From Candidatus Limnocylindria bacterium (GTDB lineage: Bacteria > Chloroflexota > Limnocylindria > P2-11E), in the NCBI GenBank assembly GCA_035935465.1, contig DASYXA010000065.1, positions 9,172 through 73,171 on the forward strand: DNA of 64,000 nucleotides, given 5' to 3'. This document shows positions 27,409-37,100 of the stretch, in pieces (position 1 is the first letter of the stretch; every line of letters begins with the position of its first letter). The position numbers were made by a program, and so were the translations under genes. The notes under the pieces are model-generated. The model was not told the DNA's origin, searched no databases, and was given only the letters and a program-made list of their open reading frames with translations.

Positions 27409-28698
27409 CTACGTCCGATAATCGCGCGCGCTCACCGGGGAGACGAGCAATCGCGGGTGTCTCCAGAGCGATGGCTTCGCGCCGATCCGCGCCGCGATGT
27501 CGTCGAGGTACGGAAGCAGCTCGATGCGCATCTGGTCGTCACCGGTCGCCCGCGCGCGGCGGACGCGCGCCTCAATCTCCCGCCGCATGATCTCCGCCGG
27601 CGGCAGGGCGACCCGTCCGGAGAAGACCGCGCCGACCCAGCGGGCCTGCAGCTCGGCAACGGGGAATACCGGTCCGGAAACGCGCGTCAGGCCGACGAAC
27701 GCGAGCCCGGCGACGCCCGGCGGGAACACCAGCCGGTAGAGCGCGAGCGCTCCGTCGAACGACGCGGGGACGCCGGGTGGAAGGAACGGGAGCTCCGCGA
27801 GGTAGCCGGTCGCGAGCACGACCGCATCGGCGTCGATCCGCGTGCCGTCGGCGAACATCGCGCCGCCCTCGTCGAGTGCGACCAGCGCGGGGCGCATCAC
27901 GACGCGGCCGCGCGCGAGCTCGTCGAGGAGGTCCGTTCCCGGCGTGGTGTTCGCGGCGAGACGCTCGAGCCGCAGGCCACGCCGGCGGTACTCCTCCGCG
28001 ACGACCCGCCGTAGCCGCCACCACCGGACCGGCGGCGGCAACACCCCGGCGAGGCGGGTCGCGCGGTGGTCGTACGGCCGGCCGCCGTGATGGCGCGGCA
28101 CGAACATCGGCATCTCGCGCACCGCCACGCTCACGGATCGCGCGACGGCGGCGAGCTCGACCGCGATGTCCGCGCCGCTCGAGCCCGCGCCGGCGACCAC
28201 GACGTCCTTGCCGGCGAACACGGCCGGGTCGCGGTAGTCGCGCGCATGGACGATGGTCCCGCGGAAGCGAGCGCGATCCCGCAGCGGCGGCTCGTTCGGC
28301 CGGCCGAAGAGACCGGCTGCGACCACGACCGCGTCGAACTGCTCGCCGTCCACGATCCAGCCGTCACCCGACGGGCGGACCGCGGTCACGGCGCGGTGGA
28401 AGCGGATGTGCGGCCGGACGCCGGTCACGTCGGCGTACCGCTCGAGGTACGCCAGCACCGCGTCACGCGACGGGTGATCGGGCAGCGCGGGATCGAAGCC
28501 GAGGTCCGAGAACGCGGTCTTCTGTTTCGACGTGTTCGTGCGCAGCGACGGATAGGCGAAGCCGGTATCCGGCCGCCAGAGCCCGCCGACCGCGCCCGTC
28601 CGCTCGAAGACCGCCGGCTCGAGGCCCGCGTCCCGCAGCCAGCGGGCGCTCGCGAGACCCGAGGCGCCCGCGCCGATGACCGCCACGCGCTTCACCAC
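27409..28698 (-). CDS. Flavin-containing monooxygenase-like NAD(P)/FAD-dependent oxidoreductase.
   Basis: Two Rossmann motifs, VAVIGAGASGLA and VVVAGAGSSGADIA. Confidence 0.8.
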   Translation of the reverse strand: MVKRVAVIGAGASGLASARWLRDAGLEPAVFERTGAVGGLWRPDTGFAYPSLRTNTSKQKTAFSDLGFDPALPDHPSRDAVLAYLERYADVTGVRPHIRFHRAVTAVRPSGDGWIVDGEQFDAVVVAAGLFGRPNEPPLRDRARFRGTIVHARDYRDPAVFAGKDVVVAGAGSSGADIAVELAAVARSVSVAVREMPMFVPRHHGGRPYDHRATRLAGVLPPPVRWWRLRRVVAEEYRRRGLRLERLAANTTPGTDLLDELARGRVVMRPALVALDEGGAMFADGTRIDADAVVLATGYLAELPFLPPGVPASFDGALALYRLVFPPGVAGLAFVGLTRVSGPVFPVAELQARWVGAVFSGRVALPPAEIMRREIEARVRRARATGDDQMRIELLPYLDDIAARIGAKPSLWRHPRLLVSPVSARDYRT

Positions 28699-28727
28699 CC
28701 GGCGAGTATCGGTCGCACACTGGTGGG

Positions 28728-29450
28728 GTGACCGGGCCCGACCGCGACGCCGCGCTCCGGCTCCTCGAGCAGGGGGAGCTCACGGTGCAGGGCCGGTTGG
28801 TCGCCGCATCGAACGCGACCTTTCTCGGGACGGTCCGTCACGACGACGGCACGCTGACCTGCATCTACAAGCCGGTGCGTGGCGAGCGCCCGCTCGACGA
28901 CTTCCCCGACGGCACGCTCTGGAAGCGCGAGCGTGCCGCGTACCTCGTGTCCGACGCGAGCGGCTGGGACATCGTGCCGCCCACCGCCACCCGCGAGGAC
29001 GGACCGTTCGGCGAAGGGATGGTCCAGCTCTGGATCGACGTGGCCGAGGACGCCGACGTCTGGAGGATGGTGAACGAGCCCGATGTGCGGCTCCGGCGCG
29101 TCGCCCTATTCGACGCGGTGGTGAACAACGCCGACCGCAAGGGCGGGCATCTGCTTCCGGTGGCCGGCGGTCACGTGTACGGCGTCGACCACGGGATCTG
29201 CTTCGCGGCGGAGCCGAAGCTGCGGACGATCCTCTGGGACTGGCGCGGCGAGCCGATCGCTCCGGACGAGCTCGACGTGCTTCGGTCGCTGCGCGCGAAG
29301 CTCGATGGTCCGTTATGCGAAGCGCTGCGGCGGCTCATCTCCCCGGCCGAGCTTTTGGCCCTGAACGCGCGGGTGGACCGGCTCATCGGCACGAGAGCCT
29401 TCCCCCAGCCGGATCCCTACCGGATGGCGGTGCCCTGGCCGCCGTTCTGA
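28728..29450 (+). CDS. SCO1664-family (PI3/PI4-kinase-like fold) protein.
   Basis: FDAVVNNADRKGGHLL and GVDHGICF are catalytic-loop-like motifs. Size 240 aa. Confidence 0.6.
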   Translation: MTGPDRDAALRLLEQGELTVQGRLVAASNATFLGTVRHDDGTLTCIYKPVRGERPLDDFPDGTLWKRERAAYLVSDASGWDIVPPTATREDGPFGEGMVQLWIDVAEDADVWRMVNEPDVRLRRVALFDAVVNNADRKGGHLLPVAGGHVYGVDHGICFAAEPKLRTILWDWRGEPIAPDELDVLRSLRAKLDGPLCEALRRLISPAELLALNARVDRLIGTRAFPQPDPYRMAVPWPPF

Positions 29451-29499
29451 ACCCCGGGCCCGTCGCCGCGTTGCGCCGGCCGAGGCGCGGTCCCCGAGG

Positions 29500-29895
29500 T
29501 TACGCGGCGATCTCCTGCTCGAGCAGCCCGCGCACCGTCTCCACGAGGAGCTCGATGTCGAACGGCTTCGCCAGCACCTCCCGGGGCGCGCTGCCGCGGA
29601 GCGTGCCGCGCGCGATCTCGGGATCGGCGGTGACGAACAGGACGGCGACGTGCGCGAGCGCCGGATGGTTCCGCACGACGTCGTAGACGTCGATCCCGCT
29701 CGCGCCCGGCAGCTGCACGTCGAGGATCAGGAGCCTGGCGCCCGAGTCGATGACCGCGTCCGCGACGAGCGCGCCGTTCGAGACGACGACCGGCTCGGCG
29801 AGCCCGTCGGCGCGGAGCGTCTCCTCGATGATCCGCGCGATGTCCGGATCATCCTCGGCGACGACGACGGCCGGCCGTGCGTGATCGCCGTTCAT
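29500..29895 (-). CDS. Stand-alone response-regulator receiver domain (CheY-like).
   Basis: VVVAEDDPDIARII...LLILDVQLPGASGIDV...LFVTAD....KPF. Confidence 0.8.
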   Translation of the reverse strand: MNGDHARPAVVVAEDDPDIARIIEETLRADGLAEPVVVSNGALVADAVIDSGARLLILDVQLPGASGIDVYDVVRNHPALAHVAVLFVTADPEIARGTLRGSAPREVLAKPFDIELLVETVRGLLEQEIAA

Positions 29896-29902
29896 TGGCG
29901 CA

Positions 29903-31229
29903 TCCTCTGCCGGTGAGCGAGCTCCGCGTCGGCCTCGACTTCGGCACGTCCAACAGCGCGGTCGCCGTCGCGGACGGATCCGGCGTTCGGCTGCTGCCGA
30001 TCGACCCGATCGGTGGCGACACGCTGCCGAGCGTGCTGTACGTCCGCCGCGACGGCAGCTCGCTGATCGGTCATCCGGCGATCCGATCGTTCCTCGAGGA
30101 CAACCGCGCCCGTGGACCGGTGAAGCGTGAGCTCAAGCCGCTCGGGATCCGGATGGTGTCGAGCAACCCGCGCCAGGCGACCGGGGTCGAGGCGGTCATC
30201 CTCACCGACCCGTCATCGCCAGGACGGCTGTTCCAATCCTTGAAGACGTTCCTCGGCGATCCGCTGGTCTCGCACACGAACGTGTTCGGCGACGAAAAGG
30301 GCCTCGAGGACCTGATCGCCGTCATCCTCGACGGCATCTTCGAGCGCGTCGGTGAGCTCACCGGCACGCGCCCGTCGTCGGCGACCGTCGGCCGGCCGGT
30401 GGAGTTCGTCGGTGGCGCGGAGGTCGAAGAGCGGGCACGGACCCGGCTAGAGCAAGCCGCGCGCCTCGCGGGGCTCACGGCGGTCCGATTCATCGAGGAA
30501 CCCGTCGCTGCGGCGCTCGCCGCCGACGTGCCCGCGGGCCTCACGCTCGTGTTCGATTTCGGCGGCGGAACGCTCGATCTCTGTGTAACGCACCGTCACA
30601 ACGGCGAGATCGAGGTGCTCGGTACCGCGGGGGTGGACGTGGCCGGCGATCGGTTCACCCAGCTGCTCATCGATCAGCTCGTCGCTCCACACCTCGGCGC
30701 CGAGCGGGAATGGGGTCCCAAGCGGCTGATCCTCCCGCGATCCATCACCGGCGCGATCCGCGACTGGCGCGCGCTCTCGGCATTGAACGAGAGACCGATC
30801 CTCGAAGCCCTCGACGATCTGCGATCGCTCGGTGCGCCGAAACGCGAGCTCGCGGCGCTCCGCAGCGCCATCGAGCTGCAGCTGGGCTACGAGATCTTCG
30901 CCGCGGTCGATGCGACGAAGATCGAGCTCTCCTCGACCCAGCTCGCCCTGTTCAGCTTCCACCGCGGGGCCGTCGACATCGACCAGCAGGCATCGCGCCG
31001 CGCGTTCGAGGTCGCGATCGCGCCCTTGCTGGCGCGCGTCGACGCCGCGCTGACGCAGGTGCTCGAGCGGAGCGGCGTCAACGCCGCCGACATCGTCGAG
31101 ATCGTCTGCACCGGCGGCTCATCCGCGATCCCGGCGGCGCGCTCGCTGCTCCGGAAACGGTTCGTGAACGCCGAGCTGCGCGATGCCGCGGCCCATACGG
31201 CGGTGGCCGCGGGGCTCGCCCTGGCCTAG
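29903..31229 (+). CDS. Hsp70/actin-fold ATPase family protein (DnaK-like nucleotide-binding domain, atypical).
   Basis: VGLDFGTSNSAVAV phosphate-1 motif, DFGGGTLD phosphate-2, CTGGSSAIP adenosine motif. GTG start at 29903, because the tracked start overlaps the divergent RR gene. Confidence 0.75.
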
Positions 31230-31232
31230 CAC

Positions 31233-32060
31233 CTAGGACCGCGGCTCGTACGACGCGCAGAGCATCCCGAAGTACGTCGGGGCTTCGTAGCTCAGGAATT
31301 CGCCCTTCCACCGCGCGCCGGCCAGCGCGCCGTGCAGCATGAGCAGCTGCCAGTAGCTGTCGGCCTTCGCCTCGACCGGGAGCGTTGGGTCCAGCGTCAG
31401 CAGCGCGCCGAGGTCGTCGCGCTTGACGATCTCCACGACCTGGTCGTCGAACTCCCTGGACTTCGGCGTGAAGCCGTACGGCCCGTTCGCGTCGTGGCCA
31501 TGGCCATGGTCGCAGCTCGCGATGACCGCGACGCGCTGACCGGACGCCGTCGCCGCGTTCGCGATCGCCCGACCGGCCGCGACGTGGAGCTCGTACGGGA
31601 GGTCGCGCGCGGGCGCGACCACCACGGTCCGGATCGGCGGATCGGAGCGGCCGCCCATGAACCACAGTGGGACGAGCACGGCCCAGTCCATCGGGAAGCT
31701 CGCCGCGGCGGCGTCGTTCGCCCCGTAGCTCACGCCCGCGACCGGGATGCCGTCGGCGGTGATCGCGTCGCGGATCGCGAGCGCGAGCGCGCGATCGACG
31801 GCGCTGCGCAGCGCGACGCCGGGATGCCCTTCGAGCGCGCCCGCGACGGTGCCCGAGGTGATGACGGCCATCGCACCGTCGACGTGGACGTTGTGCGGCG
31901 TGAGCACGACCGCGACCTCCGGCTTCGCGCGCTCGAAACGCCTTCCCAGCTCCTCCATCCCTCGCCGCGTGACCGCGGCGAGCTCGAGCTGCTCGGGCGC
32001 GCAGGCCTCGGCGATCGCGAGGCCACCGTGCGGGGCGATGCATCCGTACACGAGTCCCAT
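31233..32060 (-). CDS. Class-III extradiol ring-cleavage dioxygenase (LigB/DODA family).
   Basis: CIAPHGG..LTPHNVHV...IASCDHGHGH are LigB-type His ligands. The ATG directly abuts the upstream stop. Confidence 0.75.
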   Translation of the reverse strand: MGLVYGCIAPHGGLAIAEACAPEQLELAAVTRRGMEELGRRFERAKPEVAVVLTPHNVHVDGAMAVITSGTVAGALEGHPGVALRSAVDRALALAIRDAITADGIPVAGVSYGANDAAAASFPMDWAVLVPLWFMGGRSDPPIRTVVVAPARDLPYELHVAAGRAIANAATASGQRVAVIASCDHGHGHDANGPYGFTPKSREFDDQVVEIVKRDDLGALLTLDPTLPVEAKADSYWQLLMLHGALAGARWKGEFLSYEAPTYFGMLCASYEPRS

Positions 32061-32912
32061 CTAGCGGACCCGGCGCGCCTCGAGCTTTCCCTCGGCTCGC
32101 CGTACCTCGAACAACGGCTGATCGGTCGTGGCCGGCCCGACGACGACGTTGCCGTCGGCGAGGGTGAACCGCGAGCCGTGGCAACCGCACTGGATGGTGT
32201 CGCCGACGATCTTCCCCTCGGAAAGCGAGCAGCCGGCGTGGGCGCAGCTGTCGTGGAGCGCGTGGATCGCGTCGCCGATCCGGACCAGCACGAGGGTCTG
32301 GGCGCCGGCCTTCGCCTTCACCGGCTGCCGCTCGGGGACCTCGGTGACATCCAGCGCGACCCACTTGGTCCCGCCCGACCGCCAGGCGTGCCGGTCGACC
32401 ATGTTGCCGAGCGTGAAGACGAGGTCGCCGCCGATGTACGCGCCCAGGACGAGGAACAGGTACCCGAGCGCCGCGATCACCGTCGCTTCATACGGCGTGC
32501 CCGGGGCGTAGCCGAACCGGATGACGAGCGAGAACACGTAGAACCCGAGTGCGACGAGCATGAGCGAGGCGTGGATCCCGCCGTACTGGCGGGCCTTGCC
32601 GTCGGTCTCGTCGAGGTCGACGAAGCCGGCGAGCGCCGCGAGGACCATGCCGCCGGCACCGAGGAGCGTCGCCCAGTTCGCGCCGTCGTGGATCCCGAGG
32701 AGGTCGAGCGCGAGCGCGACCGTGAGCGCGCCGACCGGGACGTCGGTCAGGAGCGGGTGGAGCGGGTGGCCCAGCCAGGTGCCGTGCAGGACGCTCCGCA
32801 GCCACTTCGGCCGGATGACCGACCGGTCGACCGCGGTGAAGAAGTCCGCGATCCCGACACCCCAGCCCCACTTGTCGAGCATGTTCCGGTTGACGAAACG
32901 CCTGATCATGTC
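32061..32912 (-). CDS. DUF2231-like membrane domain fused to a Rieske [2Fe-2S] domain.
   Basis: Four TM helices, then CAHAGCSLSEG....CGCHGSRF (CxH...CxxH). Internal Met start at 32912 favoured; 32957 also possible. Confidence 0.7.
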   Translation of the reverse strand, partial: DMIRRFVNRNMLDKWGWGVGIADFFTAVDRSVIRPKWLRSVLHGTWLGHPLHPLLTDVPVGALTVALALDLLGIHDGANWATLLGAGGMVLAALAGFVDLDETDGKARQYGGIHASLMLVALGFYVFSLVIRFGYAPGTPYEATVIAALGYLFLVLGAYIGGDLVFTLGNMVDRHAWRSGGTKWVALDVTEVPERQPVKAKAGAQTLVLVRIGDAIHALHDSCAHAGCSLSEGKIVGDTIQCGCHGSRFTLADGNVVVGPATTDQPLFEVRRAEGKLEARRVR

Positions 32913-32938
32913 CAGCCTCCCCGCTGCCGCGCGATCGC

Positions 32939-33859
32939 ATGATGCGTCATCCTGCATACGTGCAGGTCGCGGGCCGGGATGTCACGGTCACGAACCGGGA
33001 GAAGGTCTTCTTCCCGAAGCGTGGACGTACGAAGGGCGACCTCGTCGATTACTACGTGTCGGTCGCTCCGGCGGTGCTCCCCCACGTCCGGCGGCGGGTC
33101 ATGCAGATGCTGCGCTACCCGAACGGCGTCGACGGTCCGTTCTTCTACCAGAAGCGCGTGCCGGTGCCGCACCCCGACTGGCTCGAGACCCACACGATCG
33201 AGTTCCCGAGCGGTCGCACGGCCGACTTCCCGGTGGTCAACGATGCAGCAGGCCTGGCCTGGATCGCGAACCTCGGCTGCATCGACCTACACACGTGGTC
33301 GTCGCGCGTCGGCGACGTGGAGAAGCCCGACTACCTGCTCATCGACCTGGACCCGCGCGGCGGCGACCCCTGGTCGCACGTGCGGACCATCGCGCTCGTC
33401 GTCAAGGACGTGATGGACGAGCTCGGCCTCGCGAGCTGGCCGAAGACCTCGGGCTCGACCGGGATCCACATCATCGCGCCGATCGTCCCGGAGCTCGAGT
33501 TCCCCGAGGTGCGCCGTTTCGCGAAGGCCTTCGCACAGGAGGTGGAGCGGCGCGTCCCCGACCTCGCGACGACCACGTGGAAGGTGGCCGACCGGACGGG
33601 GGTCTTCGTGGACTTCGGGCAGAACGCGCGCGACCGCACGATCGCATGTGCGTACTCGATCCGGCCGACCCAGGACGCGCGCGCATCGGCGCCGCTGCGC
33701 TGGGACGAGGTCGCCGATGTCGAGGCCGCCGACTTCACGATGGAGACGATGGGCGCGCGCATCGCGAAGGTGGGCGATCTCATGGCCGGCATGTGGGAGT
33801 CGCCGGCGAGCCTCGTCCCGCTCTTCGACCGACTGAAGCTCAAGCCGGCGAAGGTGTAG
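32939..33859 (+). CDS. LigD polymerase/primase domain (NHEJ PolDom) as a stand-alone protein.
   Basis: TNREKVFFPKRGRTKGDLVDYY...FFYQK...LIDLDP...KTSGSTGIHI matches the LigD Pol-domain signature. The competing 441-aa ORF 32560..33885 is rejected. Confidence 0.85.
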   Translation: MMRHPAYVQVAGRDVTVTNREKVFFPKRGRTKGDLVDYYVSVAPAVLPHVRRRVMQMLRYPNGVDGPFFYQKRVPVPHPDWLETHTIEFPSGRTADFPVVNDAAGLAWIANLGCIDLHTWSSRVGDVEKPDYLLIDLDPRGGDPWSHVRTIALVVKDVMDELGLASWPKTSGSTGIHIIAPIVPELEFPEVRRFAKAFAQEVERRVPDLATTTWKVADRTGVFVDFGQNARDRTIACAYSIRPTQDARASAPLRWDEVADVEAADFTMETMGARIAKVGDLMAGMWESPASLVPLFDRLKLKPAKV

Positions 33860-34219
33860 CTAGCAGGCCTTCTCGATCGCGCTGATCACGTGGTCGAGGT
33901 CGAACGGCTTGGCGATGATCGCCACCGCGCCGAGCGCCTCCTTGTGCCGCTCGAGCTCACCCGCCGCCGACAGGAGCACGACCGGCACGGTGTTGCCCGA
34001 GCGCCGCTGCTCGGCACGGAACGCCCAGCCATCCATCACCGGCATCATCAGGTCGAGCAGGATCACGCACGGCGACCAGCGCTCGAGGATGTCGAGGGCC
34101 TCGCGGCCGTTCGACGCGCACTCCACGGTGAACCCTTCGTCGTCGAGCGCGGTCTGCAACGACTCGCGGATCGCCTCCTGATCGTCGACCACCAGCACAT
34201 TCACGTTGCGCCCACTCAC
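33860..34219 (-). CDS. Stand-alone response-regulator receiver domain.
   Basis: VSGRNVNVLVVDDQEAIRESL...ILLDLMMPVMDGW...KPF, 119 aa from the GTG at 34219. The R/S-rich upstream 145 aa of the tracked ORF are rejected. Confidence 0.75.
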   Translation of the reverse strand: MSGRNVNVLVVDDQEAIRESLQTALDDEGFTVECASNGREALDILERWSPCVILLDLMMPVMDGWAFRAEQRRSGNTVPVVLLSAAGELERHKEALGAVAIIAKPFDLDHVISAIEKAC

Positions 34220-34253
34220 CGCGTCGAAGGGTACCCGCCGGCGTTCGCGCCCG

Positions 34254-35297
34254 CTACGAGCGGGGAACCAAGCCGGCTGCGTCGAGCAGCCCGGAGATCG
34301 TCGGGTCGCCGTCCTGGCGGACCGGGCGGACCTGGTCCCACCGGCAGTCGCGGGGGTCCGTGTCCGGGCGGAAGCGGAGGAACCGCGTGCCGTGCCGGAA
34401 GCGGTCGGACTCCATCTTGTCGTACCGGACCTCGCACACGAGCTCCGGACGCACCTCGACCCAGTCGAGCTCTTTTCCCTGCGACCAGCGGCTCTCGCCG
34501 CCGGGCATCCGGCCATCGCCGAGGTGCCCGGTCTCGACGAGGGGCGGCAATCGCTTCCGCAGATCGTCCTGGAGCGCACCCGAGATCCCGGAGGTATGGC
34601 CGACGAAGTCGAGTGCTCCGTCATCCCGGTAGAGGCCGAGCAAGAGGCTCGCGACACGCGACCCGTTCTTCCGATAGCCGACGATGATGCAGTCGCAGGT
34701 CTTGTGGTGCTTCACCTTCAGGACCGCCTCGCGCGAGCCGGGCTTGTACGCGAGGTCCGCGCGCTTACAGACCACCCCGTCGAGCCCGATCATCTCGAGG
34801 CGCCCGAGCCACCGCTCCGCGAGCGCACGGTCCGTGGTCTGCGGCGACAGCGTGAACGCGGTCGCGCGCCGCTCGAGCTCGACGCGACGGTCCGCGAGCG
34901 GACGCCGGTGCAACGGCTCGCCGTCCCAGAGCAGGATGTCGAACGCGATGTAGGTCGCCGGCGTCTCCTGGGACAGCTTCCGGACTCGCGACTCGGCGGG
35001 GTGGAGGCGCAGCTGCATCGCGTCGAAGTCGAGCGCGCCGTCGCGCTCGATGACGATCTCGCCGTCGAGCGCGGAATGTGGCGGCAGCCGCTCGCCGACG
35101 CCGCGGAGCTCCGGGAAGTAGCGCAGCAGCGGCCGGCCGTTGCGGCTCCAGAGCGCGACGTCGCCGCCGTCGTTCTCGAGGACGCCGCGGAACCCGTCCC
35201 ACTTCGGCTCGTACCGCCAGCGCTCGCCGGTGGGGAGCTCGTCGACGAGGAGGGCCTCCATCGGCGGGAACGGCACATTGGCGCCGGGTGCGTTCAC
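34254..35297 (-). CDS. ATP-dependent DNA ligase (LigD ligase-domain-like), stand-alone.
   Basis: Adenylation motif I EPKWDGFRGV, later DGVVCKR, and the OB-fold region LKVKHHKT. Confidence 0.85.
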   Translation of the reverse strand: MNAPGANVPFPPMEALLVDELPTGERWRYEPKWDGFRGVLENDGGDVALWSRNGRPLLRYFPELRGVGERLPPHSALDGEIVIERDGALDFDAMQLRLHPAESRVRKLSQETPATYIAFDILLWDGEPLHRRPLADRRVELERRATAFTLSPQTTDRALAERWLGRLEMIGLDGVVCKRADLAYKPGSREAVLKVKHHKTCDCIIVGYRKNGSRVASLLLGLYRDDGALDFVGHTSGISGALQDDLRKRLPPLVETGHLGDGRMPGGESRWSQGKELDWVEVRPELVCEVRYDKMESDRFRHGTRFLRFRPDTDPRDCRWDQVRPVRQDGDPTISGLLDAAGLVPRS

Positions 35298-35306
35298 CCG
35301 ATGAGC

Positions 35307-35552
35307 CTAGGACCGGCGACCTTTGGTCTTCGGGCCATCCATCATGCTGAGGTCCTCGGGATGCGGCACACCCGGCTCGGGCCGGTCACTGTCCTTCAGC
35401 GGACCCTTCGCGGCGACGATCCCCTCCTGCTGCTCGACGACGCGCTCGGCTTCCCGGTCGGGTCGACCGAAGCGCTCGGTCCTGGGCTTGGCCGGCTCGG
35501 TCATGCCCCGGTGGGGGTGCACGGCCCGTGCCACGCGCTCGGCGGCGGACAC
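35307..35552 (-). CDS. Small acidic hypothetical protein.
   Basis: 81-aa ORF in the gap between the ligase and GGDEF genes. Low-complexity, charged sequence. Weak support. Confidence 0.3.
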   Translation of the reverse strand: MSAAERVARAVHPHRGMTEPAKPRTERFGRPDREAERVVEQQEGIVAAKGPLKDSDRPEPGVPHPEDLSMMDGPKTKGRRS

Positions 35553-35561
35553 GTCGCGCGG

Positions 35562-37100
35562 CTACGCGGACGCGGGAGCGATGAACACGCGGTCCTTGCC
35601 GTGGCGCTTCGCGTCGTACAGCGCGGCGTCGGCACTGCGGAAGAGCGAGTCCTCGTCGGACGCGGAGCGAGGGAATCCGGCCACCCCGATCGACACGGTG
35701 CCGATGACGTGCGCGCCCTCCCCCGCGGGGATCCGCGATGCGGCGACCGCCACCCGGATGCGCTCCGCGACGAGCGCCGCGGCCTCGGGGGTGGCGTCGG
35801 GCTGGAGCACGAGGAACTCGTCGCCGCCGAATCGCGCGACGACGTCGCTCGTGCGCACATGACCCTGCACGGCTTGCGCGATCGCCACGAGGTGCCGGTT
35901 GCCGGCCTCGTGGCCGAACCGGTCGTTCACTTCCTTGAGCGAGTCGCTGTCGATGACGAGCAGCGAGAGGGGGCGGCCACCGCGGCGGGCGCGCTCGATC
36001 TCCTCGTGCAGCCGAGCGCGGAAGTGCCGGCCGTTGTACACGCCGGTGAGCTCATCCGTGACCGACAGCCGGCGGACTGCCTCATGCGCGGCCGCGGCCG
36101 AGATCGCGAGCGACGCCTGGTTGGCCAGGGTCTGCGCGAAGCGATAGTGGTCCGCGGTGAACGAGTCCACCCCGATCTTCACCGCGCGGATCACGCCGAG
36201 AAGGCGCTGGTCGGCGACGAGCGGGACCACGATCGCGGACTTGCGGTCGAGCGGGACGCCGGGCACGGCGGCGACGCGCCGATCGGCCTCGGCGTCGCCG
36301 ATGAGGGCCGGCTCGCGATGCTCGGCGGTCCAGCCGACGATGCCCTCGCCGAGCTTCACCTTCGTCTCGCGGACCATCGTCTCGTACTCGGCCGGGTAGT
36401 AGCGCGGATCGAACATCATCGTCGCGACCTCGAGCCACTGCGTCTCCTCATCCCAGAGGAACACCGCCGTCGAGTCGGCGGTGGTGACCCGCTGGAACGC
36501 CTCCACGATCGTGCGCAGCGTGCCGTCGCGGTCGAGCGTCGCCGCGCGGCGCGCGACCTCGTTGACGGCCTGCAGCTCCTCGATGTCGCTCCGCCGGGCG
36601 GCGTGCTCGCGCGCATGCATGAGCGCGAGCGACACGAGGCCGGCGAAGGCTGAGAGCAGCCGCTCGTCCTGCAGGGAGAACGCGTCGGTCTTGGGGCTCT
36701 GCACGGTGAGCACGCCGAGCAGGTCGCCGCGCGCGATCAGCGGCACGCACATCTCCGATCGGCACCCCGCGGCCGCGGCGATGTACCGGGGATCGCTCGA
36801 GACGTCGCCGACGTTGACCACCGCGCGCGTCCGCGCACACGCACCGGTGAGGCCGTGCTCGGTGGTCATCCGGTAGTTCAGCACCGAGGGCTCGGTGCTG
36901 CCCTCGCCGGCGGCCACGCCCGTGTAGAGCTCGCGGTGCTCCGGGTCGTACAGCAGCAGGTAGCGCATCGAGTAGCCGAGCTGCTCGCCGAGGAGCTCGA
37001 CCGCGTGCGACAGCACGCTCGCCTCGTCCAGGGCGGCGTTCAGCAGCGCGTCCGCGGCGCGCATCAACAGGGAGAGCTCGTTCGCCCGGGGTGTCATCAC
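35562..37100 (-). CDS. GAF-GAF-GGDEF diguanylate cyclase.
   Basis: C-terminal GGDEF domain with RFGGDEFLVL; two N-terminal GAF-like modules. Confidence 0.85.
   Translation of the reverse strand: MMTPRANELSLLMRAADALLNAALDEASVLSHAVELLGEQLGYSMRYLLLYDPEHRELYTGVAAGEGSTEPSVLNYRMTTEHGLTGACARTRAVVNVGDVSSDPRYIAAAAGCRSEMCVPLIARGDLLGVLTVQSPKTDAFSLQDERLLSAFAGLVSLALMHAREHAARRSDIEELQAVNEVARRAATLDRDGTLRTIVEAFQRVTTADSTAVFLWDEETQWLEVATMMFDPRYYPAEYETMVRETKVKLGEGIVGWTAEHREPALIGDAEADRRVAAVPGVPLDRKSAIVVPLVADQRLLGVIRAVKIGVDSFTADHYRFAQTLANQASLAISAAAAHEAVRRLSVTDELTGVYNGRHFRARLHEEIERARRGGRPLSLLVIDSDSLKEVNDRFGHEAGNRHLVAIAQAVQGHVRTSDVVARFGGDEFLVLQPDATPEAAALVAERIRVAVAASRIPAGEGAHVIGTVSIGVAGFPRSASDEDSLFRSADAALYDAKRHGKDRVFIAPASA

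Noticed and set aside
32560-33885. 441-aa ORF on the plus strand overlapping the LigD PolDom frame.
   Set aside because: R/A/G-rich with no recognisable domains. The overlapping PolDom frame has unmistakable conserved motifs.
34206-36653. 815-aa plus-strand ORF.
   Set aside because: Antisense to the ATP-dependent ligase and GGDEF genes. Low-complexity, no motifs.
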